Source: Vicugna vicugna
Taxonomy: Eukaryota
Assembly: GCA_013265495.1 (NCBI GenBank)
Contig: MU058769.1
Span: 84,477 to 148,476 of the forward strand
Length of the DNA: 64,000 nucleotides
Reading direction: 5' to 3'
Shown here: piece by piece, positions 53,580 to 64,000 of the stretch
How positions within the stretch are numbered: position 1 is the first letter of the stretch
Layout: the number at the start of each line of letters is the position of its first letter
Program-made: the position numbers and the translations under genes
Notes under the pieces: generated by a model
Database searches by the model: none
What the model saw: the letters and a program-made list of their open reading frames with translations, nothing else
Told to the model about the DNA's origin: nothing

Positions 53580-56388
53580 GAAGCAAGATGGCGGAGTAGA
53601 AGGACACTCGTAGCTCACCCTCTCCCACAAATACACCAAGACTCACATTTTCGGACCCACTTAGCCAACCAGAGCACCTACCGAATTCCGAAAGAACATT
53701 GCCTTCTTCGAAAGACAAAGACACCACGAATCTGGTAGGAAAAAAGGAAAAAAGAAAGAAGAAAAAACAAAACAGTGCAGGACCAGTCCCACGGGGAGGG
53801 AGCGGCAAAGGAGGACTAGTGCTCATTTGCTGGGTCTCCCCCCTCCAACGGAGAGGCCAGTGGGACGGGGGGGGAGCCTCTGAGGCTCAGATCTGCCCCA
53901 AGCACCCCTTGACTGAAAGAACTAAGTTAAATGGGCACAAAGAGACCCCGCAACACCCACCCTGAGATGCGAGCTGGCAGCTGGGGGCCAGGACTGGCCA
54001 CCCGAGCTGGGCAGAGGACTAGGACAGCTGCACTGAGGCAGCCCCGGGGGACTGCTGGGTGCTGCGCGCCATGGCTGCGAGGGGATATGTAGCAGAATGA
54101 CCTCGGTCCCCCATAAATTGTGAAAAAAGCATGCAACAAGGCTGGTGTGCCCTGGGGGTAGGAGCGCTGTAGCCTTCGTCTCCTAAGACCCGTGGCGCCA
54201 TTACTGGCGCTTCTCGTGAGAAGAGAGGCAGGCGCAGCCACAGCTGCTATGTCCTCCTGTGCTCAGCGCGGGGGCAGGGGTGAGACCTAAATCCACACCC
54301 GGGGGCTCCGCAACCTCCTAGGCAGGATTGAGACTTGTTTACAGCCCGAGGCAGATAGGATCTTTCCGCCCTGGCAACTCAGAGAACTCGTGCTGCCAAG
54401 ACAAACAAGGAGCTGAGATTTGGCCCAGAGCAGGGGTGGGCCGTTCCACTGTCTTCCCTGAGCCTGCCTGCGGAGCGCCGATCTGAGGTGGAGCGGGCAG
54501 CTGCACAGAGCAGCGGAGCAACCTGGGCCAGGAGAGGGTGGGCGGCCACCCACCTTCTAGGTAGGAATGCAGCACCTGACCACGGTGCTGGGAGGGGGGC
54601 AAGATCCACCCACCTCCCTCCCCTCAAGCACAGCATCTGACTGTGGCATCAGGAGGGGGATTGACCCTCCCACCCACCAGACACAGTGCCAGAGAGATAT
54701 GAGCAATATGAAGAAGCAGAGGAACCACGCCCAATTTAAAGATCAAGAGAAATCCCCTGAAAGTACGATCAAGGAAATAGACACTGATGGTCTACTAGAT
54801 CAAAACTTCAAAAAAGAGCTGATCAAAGTACTGAAGGAACTAAAACAGATAGTGTTTAGAGATATAAAATATGTCAAAAATGAAATAGAAGCTATAAAGA
54901 AGAATCAAGTAGAATTAGTAAACTCATTTGCTGAGATGAGAGCTGCCCTAAAGGCTGTCCAAAGCAGGCTAGATAATGCAGAGGAACAAATAAGTGACCA
55001 AGTGACCTAGAGGACAACAGAAAGCACCCAATCAGAAGAGCTGAGAGAAAAACAAATAAAAACAATGAAAACAATATAAGGGACCTATAGGATAACATAA
55101 AGCTTGTCAACAAAGAGAATTGAAAAGGTATTGGAAGAAATCATGACTGCAAATTTCCCAAACCTAAAGAAGGAATCAGATATCCAAGTAGAGGAGGCTC
55201 AGCGGGTCCCAAACAGGAAGAACCCAAACAGACCCACACCAAGACATACCATAATCAAGATGGCCAGAGACAAGGATAAAGAAATGATCCTGAAGGCAGC
55301 AAGAGAAAAACAAATTGTTAGTTACAAGGGAACCCCCATCAGGCTCTCAGCTGATTTCTCGACACAAACTCTACAGGCCAGAAGGGAGTGGCAAGATATA
55401 CTCAAAGTCCTGAATGAAAAAAAGATGCAGCTGTGGATACTCTATCCAGCAAGGCTGTCCTTCAGAATAGGAGAGATAAAGAACTTCACAGAGACAAGCA
55501 AAAACTGAAAGAGTTTAACAACACTAAACCCATGCTAAAAGATATATTGACAGGTCTACTCTAAATAGAAAAGAAGCAGGATGCTACAGAAATGAGAAAC
55601 TCATAACTGGAAAGGAGATAACTGCCATGAATTCCAAAAAGAATAAACAAAGAATTGTAAAAGAAGACATCTAAATCATTAAGAGTGGGAGAGGGAAGCA
55701 AGGAAAGCCACTGTGGAAAACAGTATGGAGATTCCTCAAGAGACTAGGAATAGACTTACCATGTGACCCAGGAATCCTGCTTGCGGGCATATATCCAGAA
55801 GGAACCCTACTTCAAAATAACACCTGCACCCCAATGTTCATAGCAGCACTATTTACAATAGCCAAGACATGGAAACATCCTAAATGTCCATCAACAGACG
55901 ACTGGATGAAGAAGAAGTGGTATATTTATACAAGGGAATACTATTCAGCCATAAAAACTGACAACATAACGCCATTTGCAGCAACATGGGTGTTCCTAGA
56001 GAATGTCATTCTAAGTGCAGTAAGCCAGAAAGAGAAAGAAATAATACCATATAAGATCACTCATATGTGGAATCTAAAAAACAAACAAACAAACAAACCA
56101 GAAACAGACTCATAGACATAGAATACAAACTTGTGGTTGCCAAGGGGGCGGTGGGTGGGAAGGGACAGACTGGGATTTCAAAATGTAGAATAAATAAACA
56201 AGATTATACTGTATAGCACAGGGAAATATATACAAGATCTTGTAGTGGCTCACAGTGAAAAAAATGTGACAATGAATATATATATGTTCAAGTATAACTG
56301 AAAAATTGTGCTCTACACTGGAATTTGACAGAACACTGTAAAATGACTAGTACTCAATAAAAAATGTTAAAAAAAAAGAAAAGAAAAA
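53580..56388 (+). mobile_element. Young L1 with complete 5'UTR, disrupted ORF1, most of ORF2 missing, poly(A) and perfect TSD
   Basis: Starts GAAGCAAGATGGCGG (YY1 motif). ORF1 pieces at about 54700-55565 (...KAAREKQIVSYKGTPIRLSADFS...). Jumps at 55707/55708 to the ORF2 C-terminus (...MFIAALFTIAKTWK...). 18-bp TSD gaaaatatagtgtataca at 53562-53579 and 56389-56406. Confidence 0.95.
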
Positions 56389-59300
56389 GAAAATATAGTG
56401 TATACAAGAAAGTTTTCCTAAACTTTAGCAGCCTTACTTTTAAAAGTTGTTTCTAGATGGCTTGTATCATGCTGCCATCCTGTTATTAAAGTTTAAAAGG
56501 CACAGGGAAAGCTGGGACACAGGAAGTACAGCATGTAATAACTTTGAGAACATGAGTTGCAGTAGTAAAGCTGGTTGCACCCTCACCCATCATTACTTAG
56601 CGTCTGGGTGTACCTTTATAATAGAAGCTTTGTTTGTCTCTTGCAATGGGTCTCAAGGGTGCTGCAGGGGACGTCAAAAGAGATTGTTCCTTGAACATAA
56701 TAGTTGCTTCATAAATAGTCATTAAGTGAGAAAGCAGAGACAGGTGCTTCAGAGCTTTGCAGATATGAAGAGTTGTTCACTGAGACGTGCTGCAGGTTTT
56801 CGGCGTGGGTGGAAGTGATAATAAGATTGTGGTTTTATGTGGAACATGCAGGACACAGAGGCAATTTGATAGAAAATAGTGCCATGAAAAACTTCTGATG
56901 TGCTTATGTAACAAAGTTACCCAGAGCTGAGGTCTCTTTAGTCTACACCCAAGGAAATATTGTGCCCCCTAAATTTTTCCTACATTCCTTTTGCTTTTAT
57001 TTTTTTTTTGAAGTAGTGTCCATTTTACAATACTAAGCTTCTTGGAGTCAGGCACTGGGAGCACAGAGCCAAGGAGGCAGGATCCCTCCTTTTGGAGAGC
57101 ATATTGTTAAGACTACAGCAAGCAACTATAACCCTGCGTGGGGTGACAATGGCTGGTACTGGGACAATGCGGCTCAGAGAAAGGAGCCATTACTTAGAGG
57201 GGTAGGAGGAAAGAAAAGAACTTGGGGGAAGGTTTCTCAGCGAATGTAACAGAGAGATGAGCTAGGCCATGGAAGTGAAGCAGAAATTTGTTGCCAAAGA
57301 AATTGTATGTGTTTATAAGCAGCGACCTGTGTGTGCTTATAAGTAGCAATTGACAAAGTATGAAGCAGGTGATGAATCAAATATGAAGTTGCCAAAGACC
57401 ATTTTCAAGGATTTTAAATCAGTTAAAAGTTATGCTGAATCACCCTCCTTGTGGCTGGAGGTTCTTCAGGCTGGTCTTCTTCTGAAGGAGTTGTGAGAAA
57501 ACAAATGAGAACGAGTCTCCATATGGAAAGAGGAGTAAGGAAGAGGACTTCCTACTCTCATTTGAAAGAGTAGAAAATGATGACTAACAGATGATGGACA
57601 GAAGGGAGAAGGCCTAAGTCCACACATAATTTTTCAAGAGGGCCTTTACTTGCTGAGCCCCCTTGTCCCGTTTGCCACCCCCTGTCCCTTTCCTCTGGGA
57701 GGCCCTGCCAGACCCCGACTCCTACCCTCTTCTGAGTTCTCACAGTACTTGTTCCTGGATTCACCCTGTGGTGCTTTGCACTGTACATCTTGCTGAGGGT
57801 TAGGATCTGTTTTCATTTCTCAGGGTCTCTCCCAGAGCTCCCAAGGCACTGGGAAGGCAGCCAGGGCACAGATAATTACACTGGCCTCTGAAGTGGCCTT
57901 CTACATTTAGCTTCCTCTGCCCCAATTTTCTTTTCAGAATGCTTTTTCATGACAACCTCAGTTGTCTTCCTCAAAAATTTTAGGTGTCCATCAACTATTA
58001 GAGAGTAAAAAATAGTCATTAAAAATCAAGTTGTAGAAGGATGAAGCTTGCTGAATAGGGAGATATTCATGACATATGGTTAAGTAAAATGTGGATTGTG
58101 TTCAGTATGATCCACATTTTGTTAAAAAATGGGCTAAAATGACTGAAAACATATAAATCAAGATGCTGACGGTAGTGAGATTTCAAACAATTTTTATCAT
58201 CTTTTGTATTTTCCAATTATCTACAACAAATATATCTTACTTTTGTAATCTCACAATAAATTTTTTAAAAGACAAAAGGCGACCATCAGTAGAAAAACGG
58301 AGAAATACATTGCAGTATAGTCATAAAATGGAAACTATTTAGCAGTGAAAATGAATGAACTGTCCCGTCTAACATCAATGGATTAATCTTAGAAACACAA
58401 GGTTAAGTGACAAAAGCAAGTTTAGAAGACAGTAGTATGAAAAGATTTTTATAAAGTTTAAAAACAAGAAAACAGAAAGAATATGTTGTTTAGGAATGTG
58501 TATATATATGTGTGTGTATGTGTGTGTATGGTAAGTACACAAAGAAAAAGAGGGGAAAACACAAAGTTCAGGATGATGGTTACCTCTGGGAGAGGAAGGA
58601 GCTTGGGATGGGAAGGAGTCATGTGGGACTTCAATAATACTGGTAATATTCTAGTTCTCAGATTGGTGGAGGCCTCATGGCTGTTTAGTTATTTTGCTTC
58701 TGAACTTACCTATGCACACTACACATATTCTCTTGCATATGCAAATAATTATAATTAAAAAGTGGGGGGATACATTGCTTGAAAAGGATTCTGACCTGCT
58801 GCTTCTTTGGCCCCCCCGCCTGAGACTTTCACCTCAGCTGCCAGGCAGCACCACCAGCAGCCAGGGGTAGCTGAGGGTTAAGAGGGTGAAGCCAAGCTAC
58901 AGAACATGAAAGCCTCAGGGAATCTCAGGCTCTGGAGCACTCTGGAACGGAGGAGCTGCGTCCTGGCCATGAAAGGAGGCACTGTGGCATTTGGGGAACA
59001 GGCTGTAGCAGGTGTTTTTTCCTTCTCTAACTCTGCTGACTGAAGATCCTGAAGGCTTCATCCAGCTTCCTTCAAATGGCTCCCCACTCCTTAGCAGAAA
59101 AGACTGGCCTCCTCGCTTTCCCTGTAAATGCCAGCTCATTCTTATCCCCATCTTTGTTCACGCCATCCCCTCTGGATCGGCCTCCCTTCCCTTCCCTTTT
59201 GTGGGCCTCTAGGAAGCCTGTTCTGACTCTTCTCACCCAAACTCCTTCCTCCCTAGTTTTCTCCCTGTGGAACTCACAGTCTATACCATACACTTCAGCA

Positions 59301-62300
59301 CTGTGCAAGGATTGAAGCTTGTTTAAAGATGAAAAACAAAAAATGCGTATAAAGGGCCTAGTGTTTAAAACATAAGATAAACTCAAAAAGAGTTGCTTTA
59401 GTTGACTGATCTAGCTCTGTACCCTAGCTCTGGTAGGCATGTCTGGTTTTGCCCCTACATAAACCCCAAAGCAGAACTCAGAATCTCACTACTTTCCCCC
59501 CAAAGAATCCACTTACAAAAGAGTAGAGTGGGCAACACAGCTTTTACTGAGGATTTTGTAGGGGAGAAGATGGAAGTTGTTTACATGCCTTGAAGCAAGC
59601 AATTTAAAATTCAGAAAAGGCTGGTTTGAGTCCCCCAAATCTCTTCTCTGCTACCTTCTCACAGGGGCCTCTCGGCCTGAAGCTCTTCCCCCTGCTTCCA
59701 GCCTTTTGACTTCTTCCCATTGCTCTGGGTGTCTCCCTGGAAACATCAACTTCCCCATCATGTAGATTAACTTAGTTTGGCCCCATTTCCTGCCCCAGGT
59801 GGCAAACCCAGGTCCCTCTGAGTGCTCAGCAAACAAAGGGTCCTTCAGTTACCCAGATCTGGTCTCCTTATGGGGTCCGCATGCCCTATTTTGCCCAGTT
59901 TACTCCTATTGCCTCAGCATAACTATTAATACCCTCCTTCATACTCTCAAAAATGGATTGGTTTGGACGATAAATTATATATTCCAAGTTGTAGATAACT
60001 TTTCTCCCTTAAGCAGATAGTTTTTAGAATCTACCTGGTTTCTCAGATGAGATTGACAACTCTTTTAGGCAAGGAACTCAATCTTTATATGTTCGTATCA
60101 TTTTTCTTGGCGGCTGTTCAATAGGTACTTGTTAGATTGGACAACACGTGTCAAAGTGTTTGAGCAGGACTGTGCAGCTGGCTGTGTGCGGGCTGAAGGA
60201 ACTTTCCCTGAAGAGGAAGTTTATGCTGGGGAACCCTGGGGAGACAGCAGGTTGATTGGAAAAGATGGGGCCTGCAAGGGCAGGAACAGAATGAAGATAA
60301 ATGAGATTATGTGTTTGTGTGCATGCGTGTGTGTATGTGCGTGAATGCAGACAGCTCCTAGCACAGTGGCATGTAGTAGGTCTCTACATTTGCCTTTTGT
60401 TGGGCAGTTTCCAAAATGCTGGTTTAAAAAAAAAAGTCTAACTTTAAGTCTCGACATCTCTGTGAGGTGTGTATTGTTTTTATCCCTATTTTACAGAAGG
60501 TAAAATAACAAAATAACTTTGTTTTAAATAATCAATAGCTAGATTCTTCAAAAAAAAAAGCAGTTTAGAATTTTGCATGAACAGCATTCATGGAAATGAA
60601 AATAAAAGAAAGAGAAGAAGCCACTTTAACACCCCAAAAAATCAGAGTTTGAGCTTTCCACATTTCCTTCTAATTCTTGTCACTTCATAGACAGAATTTT
60701 AATGTTTTAATTATAGTGTCAAATAATGTTTTATTCTCACTTAATAATCTATCATTCTACACAATATTTATATATTTTAATAAACTGCATTATAATTCAT
60801 AGTCCATGTATCTTCTAGTAATTGGACATTAGGATATAACAAATATCTGTGATTGTAAATAATGTTGCAGCAAGCAACACTGGGACTATAGATCTGTTGT
60901 CTTTTGTATTATTTTCTTGGGAGGAGGTCAGGGAGCATAAATATTTTTATAGCTTCTTAACAGGTAGCTGAAGATAGAAAAGTTCCTTTAAATTATAGTA
61001 AAGGAGCCTAAGGTCTCCATAGATCCATTTATGTTCTGTCTCACGGTACGTAATTCTGTGGCCCTTTATCTAATGTTGTTTTAATGTTTTTGTCTACCAA
61101 CATGTACGGATCTTTATACGATATAGCTGTTAAGTATTTGCTTGTCATATTTGCTACCACTTCCATGTCCCAGAGAAGAGATACATTTGTGACCAAGATA
61201 CTTACGGTCTTTCATGTCAAATTAGTGGGAACAAGAAGAGGGTAAGACTGGAGAAAGGGGAATCAGAAGGGTACACAGACCTAAAGAGAAGGTAATGATG
61301 TTAATGTTCTAGAGAAAGGAGACTATAGTGGGAATAATAATATCCTGCATTTGTGTAGTATTTTCCAGTTTATAGAAAACATGAAGAAAGTCTATGATCT
61401 TATTTTGAAATGGAGAGGAAAAATGCATCCTAGAGGCACTGCAAAGAAAGAATGAGTGGGTTTTGGTGATGTTATATAAAGCAGTGAGGAAGGACTCCAG
61501 TGATTTAAAATGGACCAAGTGTAAGTATCTTGAGCACTTACCATATACTTTTCTATGAAAAGGTGAAAAGGTGTTTCTTTTTACCAATGTCATCATTCTC
61601 ATCTATAAGCTATGACTTGTGAACTTTTGTAAATTGCTTAGTGTGTATATGTGAAAACAAGTTTCTTTGCTTCTATTTCTTAAAAGATAAAGTAATTTGG
61701 AGTTAGGTTAGAATATAAACTATCTGACAAAATTCAGTAACGCCAGCTAGGAAAACACCTAGCTCAACTTATATAACACTTACATAACACTGACACCTTT
61801 TTACAAACATGGTATGTTGACAAATGTATTGAAATAGGTGGTTCTGATAACATAGGTCATGGGTCACATTGCTCTGGGCAGAGATATCACAAGGCACTAT
61901 TTGAACTAAAAAGACTTTTAAAATATCAAGATGTTTATCTTGAGTGAGCAGGTTAATGTTCAGAATTAATGTTTTCACAGACTAATGTTTTCACTTTATT
62001 TCAGAATAATGTACTTAAGGAACAGAAAAGGAGTGGATTTGAGAAGAAACTTTCCAAAGCATCAATGTGATTAAGACTAACATAGCCACAAGCTGTATAT
62101 TAAATTCATCCACTAAGTTTTCTAACCCCACGTTGGCTGAGGTGGAGCTGTCTTTAGGATTTCTCATGACTGGGTTCTTTCTCTGTACCTCTTCCCTCCT
62201 AGTGAGGCCAAACTCCTGTCTTAGATGTCTAGTTACTTCTGCCTATGGTTTCTCAAGGGGAAAGTCTTTTCTGTCTTTAATCCATGTCATTTTAAGTCCA

Positions 62301-62364
62301 AAATCTCATATCCCATTTGAAGACTTGGAACCTAAAATGAAAAAGTCAGAAGGAAATCTCCCCT

Positions 62365-64000
62365 GGGATGGGAGGAGTGGCCAAGATAGCGGAGTAGGAA
62401 GACCCTGAGCTCACCTCCTCACGTTCACTGAAACTGCGAGTATTTACAGGTAACTATTGATGAGAATAACATGAAGACTAGCAGAAAAGATTTCCCACAA
62501 CTACAGTTATAAAGAAGGAACCATACTGAGATGGGTAGGAGGGGTAGAGACCTGTAATAGTCAAGAGCCACACTATCTGGTAGGTGACTGAGGAATGGGA
62601 GGGTAATCACAACTGCAGAGGTGTTCCCAAAGGAGGGGGCTCCGAGCCCCACACTGGGCTCCACAGCCTGGGAGCTCTGCTCTGGGAAGATAAGCCCCTA
62701 CAACGTATGACTTTTAAGGTCAGTGGGGCTTGAATACTATCCTCAACTAGAGGGCTTAGGAAACAAGAGCCCTTAAAGGACACATGCAAAACCTCACATA
62801 CTCTGTGACCTAGTGCAGAGGCAGTAATTTGAAAGGAGCCTGGGTCAGACTCACTTGTTGATCTTGGAGTGCCTCCCAGAGAGGCAGGAGGCAACTGGGA
62901 CGCCCCTGGGACCACGGATGCTGGTGGCAGCAATTCTGGGGAGCCTGTTCTACCATGAGGACACTGGTGCTGGCAAGTGCCATTCTGGAGTCCTCTCTCT
63001 AGCCCACTCATCCTGTGGGCTTACCCCTCCCCCCACCAGCCAGTCAGCACTAGTCCCAGGACTCCTCAGGCCAAGTAGCCAGCCATGCGGAAACCAGCCC
63101 CACCCACAGTGGACCAGCACCATCCCCAGGACTCCCTGGGCAGTGCAGTCTGCCATGCCAGGTCCCAGCCCTGCCCACCAGTGGGCCAGGAAACCATAAA
63201 CAAAATGGAAAGGTCACTTACTGAATGGGAGAAGTTTATCATTTGCAAATGATATATCTGAGAAGAGTTTAATATCCAAAAAATACAAAGAACACATACA
63301 ACTCAAGGTCAAACAAATAAACAATCTGATTTAAAAAATGGGCAGAGGACCTGAATAGGCATTTTTCTAAAGACATACAGATGGCCAACAGGCACGTGAA
63401 AAGATGCTCAACATCACTAATAATCAGGGAAATGCAAATCAAAGCCACAATGAGCTATATTCTCACTCCTGTCAGAATGGCTATTATCAAAAAGACAATA
63501 AATAACAAGTGTTGGGGAGGATGTGGAGACAGGAGAACCCTTGTGCACTATTGGTGAGAATGGAAATTGGTACAACCACTGGGAAAATGGCATGAAGTTT
63601 CCTAAAAAAACTAAAAATAGAACTACCATATGATACAGCAATTCTACTTCTGGGTGTTTTTCTAAAGGAAATAAAAACACTAATTTGAAAAGATACATGC
63701 ACCCCTGTGTTCACTGAAGCATTATTTAACAATAACCAAGAAATGGAAGCAATCTAAGTGTCCATCAGTAGATGAATGGATAAAGAGGAGGAATATAACT
63801 CAGCCATTAAAAAGAATGAAATCTTGCCATTTGTGGCAACATGGATGTACCCAGAGGGTATTATGCTAAATGAAATAAGTCAGACAGAGAAAGAATGTAT
63901 GTATGATTTCACTTGTGTGTGGAATCTAAAAAACAAAACGAATAAATGTAATAAAACAGAAGCAGACCCATAGATACAGTGAACGAACTGGTAGTTGCCA
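62365..64000 (+). mobile_element. Older L1: 5'UTR joined directly to ORF2 3' region; runs off the window
   Basis: CCAAGATAGCGGAGTAGGAAGAC 5' end and GC-rich UTR to 63189, then GAAACCATAAACAAAATGG... from the late ORF2/3'UTR. Confidence 0.88.

Larger units (their letters stand above)
45230..62200 (+). pseudogene. Tentative ancient pseudogene with several degenerate RGS-like domains
   Basis: Non-repetitive islands, several behind pyrimidine-AG acceptors, translate to RGS-like motifs: 45230-45410, 45653-45800, 56720-56900, 57350-57535, 58897-59330, 60125-60250, 61417-61519, 61687-61945, 62005-62170. Recognised by eye only. Confidence 0.4.

Overview
This is mammalian genomic DNA, most likely camelid: it carries tRNA-Ala-derived vic-1-like SINEs and I saw no Bov-A/BovB or PRE-1 SINEs. 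No intact protein-coding gene is visible. (1) 0.77-13.7 kb, minus strand: an intron-containing NEK1 pseudogene with four kinase-domain exons. Lesions include catalytic K33N, frameshifts, stops (HRD->H*D) and a dead splice donor, yet its CpG-island promoter is well preserved. (2) 29.3-39.7 kb, plus strand: a four-coding-exon HSD17B6-like short-chain dehydrogenase with ATG->ACG, R280* and a 1-bp deletion but intact catalytic motifs. It lies head-to-head with the NEK1 copy, which is not the usual neighbour of either gene. (3) About 45-62 kb, plus strand: scattered degenerate reading frames that repeatedly resemble RGS-domain motifs, possibly an ancient unannotated multi-RGS-domain pseudogene (tentative, by eye only). 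The rest is repeats: L1s (two join their 5' part directly to the ORF2 3' end at AG junctions), ERV/MaLR solo LTRs, a fragmented hAT transposase fossil, MER2/MER33, MIR and a tailless 5' half tRNA-Cys retrocopy. Comparisons with human proteins and exon sizes are from memory, not from an alignment.
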